64,000 nucleotides of DNA from Candidatus Hodarchaeota archaeon (GCA_016839815.1 JAEOTM010000066.1:20116-84115), one strand, 5' to 3'. Shown: positions 41,188 through 52,530, numbered from the stretch's first letter. The notes: generated from the letters alone by a model not told the origin. Made by a program: numbers and translations.

Positions 41188-42267
41188 ATGATCATTGGTG
41201 TGATAGGATCAAGGGGAACAGTTCCTACTGCGAATAATGGTACAACATCATTCCTAGTAGATAATAAATTTCTGTTTGAATGTCCATCAGAAATTGTACA
41301 GGCCTTCCATCGATTTCAAAATAATTGGACAGAGGTTGTGGGGAGTGTGAAGAACACTGAACTTGAAGCATTAGGTCGGCCAACTTTTGGAAAAATATCC
41401 CATATCATTCTTTCCCACCTTCATTTTGATCATTGGGGAGGAATACCTCATATTTTACATCGAATTCTGCTTTTAGAACGAGAAAAACGCGAACGCGAAC
41501 CGATCCACCTGGTGATACCTAAAGGATCAACACTCCCTCTTCAAATGCGAATGAAACACACTTTCTCACTTGAAAATTCAGACTTTCCTCTGAATGATGA
41601 TGAGTTCCTCTATAGATTTTTAGCAATTGAAATTGGTTTGATAATTCAAAAAATCGTGAAGATTATCGTGATAGTCCCAGGAGAAACAATTATCCCAGAA
41701 TCAGGATATGAATTAAGCTGTGAACACAATTCTCATCTACCACAAGGGTCTGTTGCCTTTAAATTTTCTTCTAATAAGGTTAAACTGAATGTGAAGAAAG
41801 CAAGAAAGTTGGAAGTTCCTTTTAACTCGACTCTCAAACAAATTGAGACTAGTAAAGAACCTGTTATGGTTAAAGGAAACCTTATCAAACGGTCAGATAT
41901 TTTTCACGATATAAAGGTGAATCTAGGATATTCTGGAGACACCACCCTTAATTCTAAAGTTTTAGATTTTTTCTCAGATTGTCAAGTAATTATTCATGAA
42001 ACAACCTACCTGACTGTAGATGAAAGTTATCACTTAGACATTCATACAGATTTAGAATCATTAGTTGAGGCCTTAAAAGCCTTCAAAGAATTGTTTCTTT
42101 TATTACCCATCCATTTTTCTATCAGGCATAACTCTAACGAGATTAGACAAGCAATAGAAAAAGTTAAAACAAATCAATTTCAGATTTGTGATACTACAGC
42201 CACTTTCATTGTACATATGGATTATGAATCAATTATTGCTTTATATGAAAAGCCGAAGGATACTTGA
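41188..42267 (+). CDS. rnz: RNase Z-like metallo-beta-lactamase
   Basis: SHLHFDH, flexible-arm insert, YSGDT, HETTY and IHFSIRH motifs. Confidence 0.8.
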   Translation: MIIGVIGSRGTVPTANNGTTSFLVDNKFLFECPSEIVQAFHRFQNNWTEVVGSVKNTELEALGRPTFGKISHIILSHLHFDHWGGIPHILHRILLLEREKREREPIHLVIPKGSTLPLQMRMKHTFSLENSDFPLNDDEFLYRFLAIEIGLIIQKIVKIIVIVPGETIIPESGYELSCEHNSHLPQGSVAFKFSSNKVKLNVKKARKLEVPFNSTLKQIETSKEPVMVKGNLIKRSDIFHDIKVNLGYSGDTTLNSKVLDFFSDCQVIIHETTYLTVDESYHLDIHTDLESLVEALKAFKELFLLLPIHFSIRHNSNEIRQAIEKVKTNQFQICDTTATFIVHMDYESIIALYEKPKDT

Positions 42268-43098
42268 TTAATCAACTATGATAGTTTTATCAAACCAAGA
42301 GGGTAAATTTGGATAACCTGCATCTTTAGCAATCTTCCTTAGGAGTTTCAACGTTCCTGACCCATACTGAAGTGCTTTCTTGGGTTGACTAGCCATTATG
42401 GGTGATAGGTCGAGATTCGAAGCCAATGCTCGAAGAATTGCTTTTCGTATCGGATGATCTCTCCTACCAATAATATGTTCCTTTATTGGTATAGATTTCG
42501 CATATTTAATCACATCTGGGGACAGAAAAGGATAAACCAATGATATACCGAAATAGTCACCAATCCGTTTTTCCATAACCATTTGGTCTGTAGTTAAAGA
42601 TAATAGATCTGAGTCCATCATTTTCCTTATTTTGATCTCACTGGAGTTCCTGTACAGCTCTACATACTTCTTATACCCTCCAAAAAGCTCATCTGCTCCT
42701 TGTCCTAGGAAAACATGTTTTATCCCGTTCAAACTCAGATAACGCATACCTACGAATAATGGTATAGCAATAAGTAACTTACTTATCTCAGAAACCACAT
42801 TCAGTTTTGATAAACTTTCGATTGTATTACTGATTACTGAATTATTGAGTGAACATAGATTTAGATCAATATTCAATTCTCGAGCTCCCTTCAAGGCATT
42901 CTCAATATCATAACTCCCTTTTACTCCAACCGTAACTGGGTGTATTCTGTTTACTCCGATCTCTTTTATCAAAATTCTTAATATAATCGAAGAATCAAGT
43001 CCTCCACTGTACAGAATTCCAATATTCTCATAACACAGATTTTGTCGGATAATGGATGTTAAGTGGTCTAATAATAAATTCAAACTAGTTCTCCTCAA
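42268..43098 (-). CDS. Asparagine synthase-like ATP pyrophosphatase domain (no glutaminase domain)
   Basis: LYSGGLDSS, GQGADELFGGY and KKALQYGSG motifs. Confidence 0.88.
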   Translation of the reverse strand: MRRTSLNLLLDHLTSIIRQNLCYENIGILYSGGLDSSIILRILIKEIGVNRIHPVTVGVKGSYDIENALKGARELNIDLNLCSLNNSVISNTIESLSKLNVVSEISKLLIAIPLFVGMRYLSLNGIKHVFLGQGADELFGGYKKYVELYRNSSEIKIRKMMDSDLLSLTTDQMVMEKRIGDYFGISLVYPFLSPDVIKYAKSIPIKEHIIGRRDHPIRKAILRALASNLDLSPIMASQPKKALQYGSGTLKLLRKIAKDAGYPNLPSWFDKTIIVD

Positions 43099-43168
43099 GA
43101 ATCACACGGAGGAAGATTTCTTTTGATTATTCTTCATGAGATATAGCCATATTGTTTGATTTAAATTT

Positions 43169-43927
43169 ATGACGCAAAAAATTTATGATTTACCAAAATC
43201 CAGAGATATTCGATCAGTAGATACCTTGAATAAATGTGAATTCAAAGTGAGAACTACCAATCCCAAAAAAGGCCTTAGAAAAAAATATGAAGCTATTTTT
43301 GCTCCTTTGGGCAAGTTTCTAGCAAATACATGGATTACTCCTAATATGATTTCTATGTTAAGTGTGGGAGCTAGTATCTGCAGTTGTATAGCGTATGCTA
43401 GTGTATCATCAGTAGGAGCTAGCTTAAGTTTGTTAGTGGGTACATTTTTACTAGGAGTATCTTCTTTATTAGATATGATGGACGGAAGTCTTGCAAGAGC
43501 AAGAGGAATTGCTGGTCATTTCGGAGCTTTATTAGATCGTACATTGGATAGAGTCTCGGAATTCTTTTTTCTATTAGGCATTATGATGGGGGGATATGTT
43601 CTCCCAGAATTAGTCTTCTTCTGCTTTGAGGGGATGATCCTAGCTAGTTACGTTCGGTCAACTGCAGAATTACGTGGAGGCTTGAACATGGAATCAACTC
43701 AAGGTATTTTTGAAAGAAAAGAAAAATTAACACTTTTAGCAATAGGTTGCCTACTCGAAATCCTCCTTCTCGAGGATATATTTACAGAATTTTGGCCGTT
43801 TACAGATTTTGGAATCTTAGCGATCATCATTTTGATAATTGGTATTGCATCAAATATCTCCGCTTTTCAACGGATTTTATTTGCCCAAAAATTCCATAAA
43901 CGGTCAGAATCGATGGATAAGAAATAG
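43169..43927 (+). CDS. CDP-alcohol phosphatidyltransferase
   Basis: TPNMIS and DMMDGSLARARG...GALLDRTLDRVSE motifs. Confidence 0.93.
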   Translation: MTQKIYDLPKSRDIRSVDTLNKCEFKVRTTNPKKGLRKKYEAIFAPLGKFLANTWITPNMISMLSVGASICSCIAYASVSSVGASLSLLVGTFLLGVSSLLDMMDGSLARARGIAGHFGALLDRTLDRVSEFFFLLGIMMGGYVLPELVFFCFEGMILASYVRSTAELRGGLNMESTQGIFERKEKLTLLAIGCLLEILLLEDIFTEFWPFTDFGILAIIILIIGIASNISAFQRILFAQKFHKRSESMDKK

Positions 43928-43934
43928 GTTATAA

Positions 43935-45230
43935 TCAGAATTTCCGTTTTGGATTCTTTACTTTTATTTTCTTCTTACAGATTGGACAGAATCCACGAAT
44001 TTTTAACCATTCTGCTAAATGTGCATAGTGGGCAGGAGAGCCACATTCAGGGCACCGTACTAGTGTTTCGATATCAGAAACTTTAGTTCGACAAACAGAA
44101 CAGTTCTCTTCAACTCCCTCCTCTGAGGGAAAAACCATTGATAGAGAAGATGTCCCACCTACTGCAGCTATTTCCATCCTTTTTGCGCGTGTTCTAAATG
44201 TCTTAGCTGCTTCTTTTGAGCTCACAAGTTCTGAAGCTTGTTGATAAAGAGACGCAGAGTAGCTTGGGTTGTGTTCTTCATTAGCTAAAGCTGCTTCTGC
44301 GTATATAAATCCAGGAACTTCTTCGCCGAAGCTTTCAACCAGCTCTTCATATAGAGCTACAGACTGATTAAGATTTTTCTTTCTTAATAAATCTCTAGCT
44401 GAATCTAACACCTTTAATCTTCTATCAAATTCATTAATTTTTTCTCTTAACTGATTATTTTCGACTTTACTCTCTTCCTCATTTTCTGTATTCAATTTTC
44501 CAACTAATTCATTGGTAATACTTAGTGATCGTCTTACTTGTTCAATATCTCCTTTAATGAAACTCTTCTCTACATCATGGATATATCGCTCTATTGCCTT
44601 TTTTGGATGACTAGTTGTCGATAAATACTGCTTAGCAAGAGAATCAAAACCCTGTTTTTTTAATTCGGATGCTGCAGCAATTAATACCGTATTTGCTTCT
44701 TCCTCTGCTCCGATGGCCCTAAGAAGTTCAGATGCCTCTAGAAACTTTTGATTTGCATATGCATGTCGGGCTAAGTTCCTTATTGCTTGATCACGGTCAT
44801 GAATGTACTGTGAATTTTGATCAAGTACTTGGATTGCAGCTGGAATGAAATCGATTCCCCCTACGTCAATATAGGCTTTTGCAGCAGCAAAAGGCTTCCT
44901 AGCGAATACATAGGCTTTAGAAGATTTGTGTGGATCGTTTTTTGAGCTGTAAATTCTCGCCAGGTTAAGAAATGTTCTTTCTACATTGCGGGGAGAAAAT
45001 TTCCTCTCCAAACTCCTAAGGGCGAGAATTTGTGATGCTTCTGGCGTTCGCATCACCATATCTGCAGCTTGGCTGATTGAAATTCGAGAATAAATATCTA
45101 AAGCATCAAGATATCTCCCTTGTTGTTCTAGATTAATTGCATTTTGTGTTCTTTGATTTTTGGAACTCCAAAGCTTGCGTATGACTACTAGTATAATACC
45201 AATAACTACTAGACCTGTTATTATATCCAT
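43935..45230 (-). CDS. Membrane-anchored alpha-solenoid protein with C-terminal RING-like finger (putative E3 ligase)
   Basis: N-terminal TM helix; Ala-rich helical repeats; CSVC-x12-CPEC-x4-HxxH-x3-W-x6-CPIC. Confidence 0.8.
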   Translation of the reverse strand: MDIITGLVVIGIILVVIRKLWSSKNQRTQNAINLEQQGRYLDALDIYSRISISQAADMVMRTPEASQILALRSLERKFSPRNVERTFLNLARIYSSKNDPHKSSKAYVFARKPFAAAKAYIDVGGIDFIPAAIQVLDQNSQYIHDRDQAIRNLARHAYANQKFLEASELLRAIGAEEEANTVLIAAASELKKQGFDSLAKQYLSTTSHPKKAIERYIHDVEKSFIKGDIEQVRRSLSITNELVGKLNTENEEESKVENNQLREKINEFDRRLKVLDSARDLLRKKNLNQSVALYEELVESFGEEVPGFIYAEAALANEEHNPSYSASLYQQASELVSSKEAAKTFRTRAKRMEIAAVGGTSSLSMVFPSEEGVEENCSVCRTKVSDIETLVRCPECGSPAHYAHLAEWLKIRGFCPICKKKIKVKNPKRKF

Positions 45231-45589
45231 TTACGTAGATTACCACCTAGAAATTTTACCGATTTTGCCAGATACCGACATTGAATATTCTGGGCAATTT
45301 ATTACAGATTAAGGTTTATAGAGAATCCTGATATGCCAGATTATTGACTTTGATAAACTAATTGTTCTCAATTTTTTAAGATTTTTCTGTTTCGGAATAT
45401 ATACTTCCAGTTCCTCATCTGATGGATAAATCGATTCCAATTCTCACCTCCTGAAGAAGGAAAAATCGATTACTTGTGGTTTTTCTTTGAGATCAAATGT
45501 CTGTATTCAGTAATTTGAATTCTACTCTAAATCTGAGTTTTAGGACTTTCCGTCATAACATCTAGAAGACATGTGTCTATTAATTCTAA

Positions 45590-45934
45590 ATGCAGTCATT
45601 TCAGCTTATCAGAGAACAGAAGGAAAAAAAAATGTCTTCTTGGCAATCATTCTTTAACCAGTTAACAAAAACTTCGAAGCAGGGCAATCAAAGATCTATC
45701 AATATTATATGCCATTGTGTGAAAGGGAAATTGGAAGTTACTAAGGATTTTGAACTTAAAACATATAATAATTGTTCTATGAACTCATTTTGTGCCATAA
45801 TCCAAGTAGATAAATACAGAGCTAAAACCTTCAGTAATAAGATTTCTTTTGTCCCACATACACCAATAGTCGAAGAGGAAAACCCTCAGAAAACGATCAT
45901 TGACCTTGATCATTTATTTGAAGAGAAATTATAA
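45590..45934 (+). CDS. Hypothetical protein
   Basis: ORF fills an intergenic gap; no recognised motif; start may be ATG 45632. Confidence 0.45.
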   Translation: MQSFQLIREQKEKKMSSWQSFFNQLTKTSKQGNQRSINIICHCVKGKLEVTKDFELKTYNNCSMNSFCAIIQVDKYRAKTFSNKISFVPHTPIVEEENPQKTIIDLDHLFEEKL

Positions 45935-45948
45935 GATTAAAAAACTTT

Positions 45949-48219
45949 TTATTGTGTTTCTATTGTTCCTGCTATCTTCCTTATAGCTTTTACCAGAAGC
46001 CCATTAGCTTCTTTCCAATGTAAACCTGTTTTTCCTAAAGTTTGTCCCCAAGTTCTTCCTTGAAGAATTCGAGATATTAAGAGTAATTTTTGAGATGTGC
46101 TCAATTTAATATCTAAGGGTTTAGCAAAATATGTTATCGTTAGTTCATATAGGACATCTACAACTAGTAAAAAGTTGATATTTCCTTCAATGTATTTTCT
46201 TAATCTGTAATATCCACTCTTAGAAATCCTAGTAGTATAATCAGATGTTGAGATACACGACTGTATGATTAGAAGGGCCAATTCTGGTTTAAGATCAAAT
46301 AATGATTGTTTTAGTAGGTGTACGAACTGGAAAAAGAAATCACTTGAAGCTTGCTCAACTACAACCTTGGCTTGATCTGAGAGTGGCTTAATAAGTACGA
46401 CATTCCATTCTGAAGTTTCGGGGGTTTTTATTGGTCTTATTTGGACAACTTTGAACCCAAATTTCTTCCAGAATTTAACTAATTTTTCTGTTGCCCCGAA
46501 ACTCACGCCGATCCAATCTAATGAGTGATAATTCTTAATTATTCGTTCAACAGCCATTCTTCCTAAACCTTTATTCCTAAAATCAGGATGAGAAGCAATT
46601 CTAACAATTCTCATTCCCTTTAATTTCGCAAATTTGCGGGAGAATTGCCTTATAGCAATACCTGGAATTAAGTTCCCCTCGATAAATTCACCTTGACTCC
46701 CTTTCTCAATTAAGTTATCGGTTAATCCCCCCTCTTCCGCTAATTGGCAGGCCAAGAGAATCCCACTTTTATTATTTTGGTTTGAATAATTAAGATATGC
46801 AAGAAAATGGCGATTAGAATCAGCGATTAATAAAAGATCATTAGGTTGGTTCCTATAATGCGAAAAAATCAGTAAGCCCATTATATTTTTTAATAATTCA
46901 AAATTTCTTCCTCGAAATAATTCAGGTGGCGATTTGAGTTGTACAAATTCAATGTCTTTCTCTGAAGCCTTAAAAGTATTCGATTCGATTAGTGGTGGTT
47001 CTACTTGTAGTAAGAATGTATCATTCAGGAGCTGTTCTATAAGATCATTCTTAGCATACCGAATCGGCTCTTCTAAGTCATATTGATGATAAGAGAAATT
47101 AGGTCGACGTTTGAGACTGTCCACAATCTTGTGTTGGAAGCTTCTCCCCGTCCCCTCATAACCATGAATGGTTGAAATCAGGACCTTTCTAGATTTGCTG
47201 TAAAGAACTTCAGTCATTTTTTCAGGTGGAAACGCAGCTGCTTCATCTACGACTATTATATCTGCATGAATATCTTTTGATACCTGTTCTGGCTTACAGT
47301 ATTCGATCTTTTTCCTCCTTGTAATACTTATTCCAACCACTTGCTCATTCTTTCTTTGATAATGGTAAATTACCCCAGATTTTTCTAATCCTAAAGCAAT
47401 GAATCCGAAGATGGTCTGTGTTTGGGTAACTGTCAGAGCCGTAATGACAATTCTTGTTTTGTCACTACCGCTTTTGATTATTGCATCAGCAATTATTAAG
47501 CCGACAGCGGCAGATTTTCCTCTTCCCCGATCTGCAATTATGATACTTACCTTATTTTTCTTAGTATCTCCTCCTAGGTCTTTAGATAAGGTTTTAATCA
47601 ATTTTTTCTGATCAGTGGAGACAGGAATTTTTAAAAATTCTTCGGAGAGAATTTCCCTCATTGAGATAGGGTTATAGTAAGGAATAAGATCGAGCTCCTC
47701 ATTACTCAAGCTGATACAGTTTGGATTATCTTTGAAGTTTTCTAGAAAGAATTTTAACAAACTGGATTCCTCAGAATATTCAAAACGATCTTTATTTACA
47801 TTTTGAATCCATAATTCGTGCTTTTCTCCAAGAAGGATAATCAATCCTCCCCCAACAACGGTTTCAGTTGCTAAAATCAATTTATTTGGATCAAATCGTC
47901 GTTTCTGGTCAATTAAAATGAAATCGTTTGTGGCTCCTAAGAGATTCTGGAGTTTATTATTTGAGTATTTCTTCACATTCGGAAATAATTTCACTTGATC
48001 TGAGATTCTATCAAACGAAGAGTCTTGAAATAATGAAGCATTGTCAATTATCGCACCTCGGGTGGAAAACTGTTCAGATTCAATGAGAAAATTGAAGAAA
48101 TTTTCTAAAGACTTGATAGCTTGCCTAAAATCAGAAAATAGGATAAAATTTCTCGAATCAATTTCTTTATGGTCACAATTATTAGAGAAAATCGACATAT
48201 TGATTCTTCTCTTATTCAA
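45949..48219 (-). CDS. tmcA: RNA cytidine acetyltransferase TmcA/Nat10
   Basis: ADRGRGKSA, VDEAAA, STIHGYEGTGR, HYRNQPNDL and GNAT motif RIVRIASHP. Confidence 0.94.
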   Translation of the reverse strand: MNKRRINMSIFSNNCDHKEIDSRNFILFSDFRQAIKSLENFFNFLIESEQFSTRGAIIDNASLFQDSSFDRISDQVKLFPNVKKYSNNKLQNLLGATNDFILIDQKRRFDPNKLILATETVVGGGLIILLGEKHELWIQNVNKDRFEYSEESSLLKFFLENFKDNPNCISLSNEELDLIPYYNPISMREILSEEFLKIPVSTDQKKLIKTLSKDLGGDTKKNKVSIIIADRGRGKSAAVGLIIADAIIKSGSDKTRIVITALTVTQTQTIFGFIALGLEKSGVIYHYQRKNEQVVGISITRRKKIEYCKPEQVSKDIHADIIVVDEAAAFPPEKMTEVLYSKSRKVLISTIHGYEGTGRSFQHKIVDSLKRRPNFSYHQYDLEEPIRYAKNDLIEQLLNDTFLLQVEPPLIESNTFKASEKDIEFVQLKSPPELFRGRNFELLKNIMGLLIFSHYRNQPNDLLLIADSNRHFLAYLNYSNQNNKSGILLACQLAEEGGLTDNLIEKGSQGEFIEGNLIPGIAIRQFSRKFAKLKGMRIVRIASHPDFRNKGLGRMAVERIIKNYHSLDWIGVSFGATEKLVKFWKKFGFKVVQIRPIKTPETSEWNVVLIKPLSDQAKVVVEQASSDFFFQFVHLLKQSLFDLKPELALLIIQSCISTSDYTTRISKSGYYRLRKYIEGNINFLLVVDVLYELTITYFAKPLDIKLSTSQKLLLISRILQGRTWGQTLGKTGLHWKEANGLLVKAIRKIAGTIETQ

Positions 48220-48775
48220 CTTTGATTTTCGTTACCCGTTTCTTCATTGTAGCTAGAATATCATTACAGACTTTAAGTGCCATCTCGTGTTCTTTTTTTA
48301 TTGCTTCAACTTCGGAAACAATTTGTTTCTGGTCAGAATGAGATATCCGCTTATTGAGTAGCTGTTTAATTGTATTTAAACGTGGAAAGCTACTACAAAT
48401 TTGAGATTGCCTATCTCTTATTAATTTAGTTTCTGGCTTTTGAATAAACTTTGCTACGCCTGGAAATAGTGTATAATAAAGACGAGGTCTACCAGGACCT
48501 TCTCCAGGTCTTTCTTTTCCAATGACAAGGTTTTGTTTCTTCAAAACATCTAGATGTCGAATGACGGACTGAGGATGATCATTTAATCGCTTTACAAGAT
48601 CATTAACGAATCCCTCCTCTTGCGCTAACTCAACCAGCATCCTTCTTCTTGTTCGATTGGAGAGTAAGTGTAAAATTTTGTCGATTTCTTGATAATTCAG
48701 AGACTTATTACTCTCAATCTGGTATGAAAGGATTTTAAGTATCAATTCTATCTCATCATTTGGATTATTACTCAT
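48212..48775 (-). CDS. ArsR-type wHTH regulator (Phr/HSR1-like heat-shock repressor candidate)
   Basis: LSNRTRRRML...VIRHLDVL...GPGRPRLYY; lies in an hsp20-cdc48 operon. Confidence 0.8.
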   Translation of the reverse strand: MSNNPNDEIELILKILSYQIESNKSLNYQEIDKILHLLSNRTRRRMLVELAQEEGFVNDLVKRLNDHPQSVIRHLDVLKKQNLVIGKERPGEGPGRPRLYYTLFPGVAKFIQKPETKLIRDRQSQICSSFPRLNTIKQLLNKRISHSDQKQIVSEVEAIKKEHEMALKVCNDILATMKKRVTKIKVE

Positions 48776-48788
48776 TCATTTCACCCTA

Positions 48789-49592
48789 TTACGTAAAGAA
48801 TTGAGAATCAGATGAGGAAAATTTGTTATTTTTAATTTTATTACTATTTGATGTTAGGAATGTACTTTTAAAGATGTCTACTTCCTTTAAGAGATTCGAA
48901 AAATCAGGTTCAATTTCAAATTCATGTGCAAGAATTTTTAATAGCTCTAATGCAGATTCAGGATCATACTCTGCAAATGAATCCACAGTAAGCAATTCAA
49001 TTGGGATATTTTCATTATTGAAATAGTAAGTTAGGAAAGAGCTCGCAGCTTGCCCCATCATTGTAAAATCAGAGGTTGATTGCTTTGGAAATTCCACACG
49101 AGATCCAGATGAATTCAATCGATGTACCTGTGGAGGTGCTGATATTTCTCTTCGAAAATTATGCACTCCATCGATAATAATAATCTTAGAAGGTTTAAGA
49201 TTCAAGTAAAACGACCACAATTCCTCTGAAAGTTGGTAACTTATCACATCGGGAATTGCGAAGCTGCTTGTTGTAAGAATAAAACGGTGTGAGCCAATTT
49301 GGACTTGAACTAGGGAGATAGGTAGTAAGATGTCTTCAGAAATAAGTTGAACCATCTCATTGAAATAACTAGAAAAGACACCTGCAAGCTTTAAATTTTT
49401 TTGACTGAGAGCCTGGAGTTCTTTTGTAATGGTCTGTGCAACTGCTCCGTAATAACCTAACAGTTCAATTATGATAATGCCTTCAACATTTTCAGGAACG
49501 TGTCTCCCAAGAAATCTTAGTGTTTCCTCTTCATCAGCTTTTTCTAACCAGTCCTCAATTTCTTCAGTAAATTTTTCAAGATACATTATCAT
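48789..49592 (-). CDS. Divergent PAC2-family protein
   Basis: LLGYYGAVAQT, IIIIDGV, MMGQAAS and YDPESALELL patterns; C-terminal FFT. Confidence 0.65.
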   Translation of the reverse strand: MIMYLEKFTEEIEDWLEKADEEETLRFLGRHVPENVEGIIIIELLGYYGAVAQTITKELQALSQKNLKLAGVFSSYFNEMVQLISEDILLPISLVQVQIGSHRFILTTSSFAIPDVISYQLSEELWSFYLNLKPSKIIIIDGVHNFRREISAPPQVHRLNSSGSRVEFPKQSTSDFTMMGQAASSFLTYYFNNENIPIELLTVDSFAEYDPESALELLKILAHEFEIEPDFSNLLKEVDIFKSTFLTSNSNKIKNNKFSSSDSQFFT

Positions 49593-49608
49593 TCATCTCT
49601 ATGAATTT

Positions 49609-51807
49609 TCATATATTTGTATTTTGCCCATGTATCGAAGATTTACGAATAACCTCTATTGCTTTCTCAAAATCACTCTTTCTTATCAGTGGTTTTTTTG
49701 ATTCAGTTATTTTTTGAACTTCTTGATTTGTAGGTTGAGGATTACTCTCCATTACTTGGGATAAAACTCTTGATGTTGCGTAAGAAGATGCGAGATTTAC
49801 AACACCCTGTAAATCTGCTCCACTAAAACCCTCAGTAAGTTCTGTTAACGAACTTATGGAAATTTTTGGATCCAAAGGTCTATTTTTACAATGAATCGCA
49901 AAAATTTTCTCTCTTGCAGATGAGTTGGGTAGAGGTAGATCAATAATATTATCGAATCTACCTGGACGTAGAACTGCTGGATCTAACATATCGGGACGAT
50001 TAGTAGCACCAATAACAATTATATCGTCAATCTCCTCTAGACCATCCATCTCTGTGAGTAATGTAGTAACTAATCTTTCAGAACTAGCATTAGACTCCTT
50101 ACGTATAGGAAAAATTGTTTCTATTTCATCAAAGAATATTATACATGGAGAAGTTAATCTTGCTTTTCTGAAAATTTCTTGAACTGTTCGTTCGCTTTCC
50201 CCAATCCATTTAGAATAAATTTCAGCCCCCTTTATAGAAATAAAATTTCTGGAGGATTGGTTTGCTACTGCTTTCACTAATAGCGTCTTTCCTGTACCTG
50301 GTAAACCTGTTAATAATATCCCTCGGGGTGATTCACTCCCCATATACTTGTATAAGGAAGGAAAGATAGTTGGCCATTCAATTGATTCACGTAAACGCTG
50401 TTTTACATCATCCAACCCACCTATATCATCCCAAGTTACGTTGGGAATATCTATCAAAACTTCTCTCAAAGCACTTGGTTTTATCCCTCTTAAAGCGTTT
50501 TCAAAATCATCTGAGGTAACCGAAATCTGATTTAATAATTCTAAAGGAATTGATTCTCCCCAGACTATCTTCGGAAAAAGTCGTCGAATTGCTTTCATTC
50601 CTGCTTCCTTGGTTAAGGATGAAAGGTCAGCTCCCACAAATCCCAGAGTACGTTCTACAATCTTATTTAAATCAACATCTTCGCTTAATGGCATATATCG
50701 CGTTTGAATCTCGAGAATGACTTTTCTAGCATCAGAAGTCGGCACTGGAATTTCAATTTCTCTATCAAATCTTCCAGGTCTTCTTAATGCTGGATCAATT
50801 GAATTTGGACGGTTGGTTGCGCCTATAACAATGATTTCTCCTCTTCCGCTTAAGCCATCCATTAAAGATAACATTTGTGAAACAATACGCCTTTCTACTT
50901 CCCCAGATCCTTGATCGTCCCTCTTTGGTGCTATACTATCAATTTCGTCAATGAAGATAATACTCGGTTCATTCTCCCCTGCTTCATCGAATATTTCCCT
51001 AATTTTCTGTTCGCTTTCTCCGTAAAACTTGGACATGATTTCTGGTCCAGAAACATGTATAAAATGCGAAGCTGATTCACTAGCAACTGCTTTTGCAAGT
51101 AAAGTTTTCCCAGTTCCAGGTGGTCCATGAAGTAATACACCTTTTGGCGGATTCACCCCCAAGCGTTGAAAGAGCTCTGGATAACGCATGGGAAGTTCAA
51201 CCATTTCTCTTAAATTTTTAATTGTGTCATCCAATCCGCCAATATCTTCATATGAAACCTTTGGAATTGCTTTGCTATCCATCTGTTCCTTTTGGGATAG
51301 AAAATCTTCTGATTCAATCAGAATTTTGGTTTCCTTGTTCACTATAACTGATTCGTTGTCTGGTTGGACTCCTACTACTTTATACTCAAAGATATTATCC
51401 ATCGAGCCAAATCGCATTCTGTCTCCGACTGAAAGCGCTCTTCCCTGTAGTTTCTGATGGAAAAACGCTTTTGCATTACCAAGGGTATTTGGTGAGAGAG
51501 ACTGAAGAGTGATTGACACTGCATTGAGAGTTACCGCTCTCCGGACTAAAATATAATCATCCAGATGAACACCAGCATTTTGTCTGGTAATTCTATCAAT
51601 AAGTATTTTATCGGCCGCTTCATCTTCTGAATAAGCGGGCCAAACAATTACAGAAGTTTTTAATGAATTCTTACCTTCTACTTCAATTACATCACCAGAG
51701 TGTAATTTAAGATTCTGCATGATTCTCTTGGGTATCCGTGCAATCCCTTTCCCAACATCACGGTACTTCGCTTCAGAAACTTTTAGCTGGTGTTCATTGG
51801 ATTTCAT
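49609..51807 (-). CDS. cdc48: CDC48/VCP family AAA+ ATPase
   Basis: N domain DVGKGIARI, two AAA modules (GPPGTGKT and GLPGTGKT), RPGRFD SRH motifs. Confidence 0.96.
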   Translation of the reverse strand: MKSNEHQLKVSEAKYRDVGKGIARIPKRIMQNLKLHSGDVIEVEGKNSLKTSVIVWPAYSEDEAADKILIDRITRQNAGVHLDDYILVRRAVTLNAVSITLQSLSPNTLGNAKAFFHQKLQGRALSVGDRMRFGSMDNIFEYKVVGVQPDNESVIVNKETKILIESEDFLSQKEQMDSKAIPKVSYEDIGGLDDTIKNLREMVELPMRYPELFQRLGVNPPKGVLLHGPPGTGKTLLAKAVASESASHFIHVSGPEIMSKFYGESEQKIREIFDEAGENEPSIIFIDEIDSIAPKRDDQGSGEVERRIVSQMLSLMDGLSGRGEIIVIGATNRPNSIDPALRRPGRFDREIEIPVPTSDARKVILEIQTRYMPLSEDVDLNKIVERTLGFVGADLSSLTKEAGMKAIRRLFPKIVWGESIPLELLNQISVTSDDFENALRGIKPSALREVLIDIPNVTWDDIGGLDDVKQRLRESIEWPTIFPSLYKYMGSESPRGILLTGLPGTGKTLLVKAVANQSSRNFISIKGAEIYSKWIGESERTVQEIFRKARLTSPCIIFFDEIETIFPIRKESNASSERLVTTLLTEMDGLEEIDDIIVIGATNRPDMLDPAVLRPGRFDNIIDLPLPNSSAREKIFAIHCKNRPLDPKISISSLTELTEGFSGADLQGVVNLASSYATSRVLSQVMESNPQPTNQEVQKITESKKPLIRKSDFEKAIEVIRKSSIHGQNTNI

Positions 51808-51842
51808 CTTGCGTAACTCCAGAAGATATTACTCTGATAGAC

Positions 51843-52469
51843 CTAGGAAACGTTGATTCTAGTACCTGATTGTTCCAAACATTTTTCTTTTGTCAGTTCA
51901 ACCTCAAGAACGCCATTCTTGAATTTGGCGGATGCAGATTCAGGAATAATTTCACAGGGAAGGTCAACTTCTTTGTAGTACTTTCGTCGGTGATCCTCTG
52001 ATTCGGCCTGAATTAAAAGACTTTTATCAGTAGCTGATAGATCAACATTTTCTTTTTTTACGCCAGGGATTTCGGCAATAACTCGTAAGACTTCTGTATC
52101 CTCAATAACATCCACAAGAGGTTCACGTTCAGGAGAAGGTCTATATTGACTTTTTCCAGATTCTACTTTCTGTGGAGTATTGCCAAATCTTTCAATACGG
52201 GGACGGCCATCTGGGCCATTCGTCATTCGAAACCCCCATACAAATCCTGGAGTGTTGCCAAGATCACCCTTAGAGGATATGAAATTAAATCTTCGCAACA
52301 AATCTTCAATGAATACGTCCATGGTATCAAAAACATTTTCGAAATCAAAACCAGCTCCGAATTGATTCATGAAATGGTTAATGAAGTCGTCGAATGGGTT
52401 TTCATTTCGTCGTCTCCGCCTTGGAAAGCGGTCATCATCATCATAATTATCTCCTGTTGAATTAGGCAT
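51843..52469 (-). CDS. hsp20: Small heat-shock protein Hsp20
   Basis: GPDGRP, EREPLVDV, AEIPGV and AKFKNGVLEV motifs; terminal IxV. Confidence 0.95.
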   Translation of the reverse strand: MPNSTGDNYDDDDRFPRRRRRNENPFDDFINHFMNQFGAGFDFENVFDTMDVFIEDLLRRFNFISSKGDLGNTPGFVWGFRMTNGPDGRPRIERFGNTPQKVESGKSQYRPSPEREPLVDVIEDTEVLRVIAEIPGVKKENVDLSATDKSLLIQAESEDHRRKYYKEVDLPCEIIPESASAKFKNGVLEVELTKEKCLEQSGTRINVS

Positions 52470-52530
52470 TATGCTTATCTTCCGTATTAATAATATGTAT
52501 TCAAATAGCTCAAATAAAACATGGTTTTTA

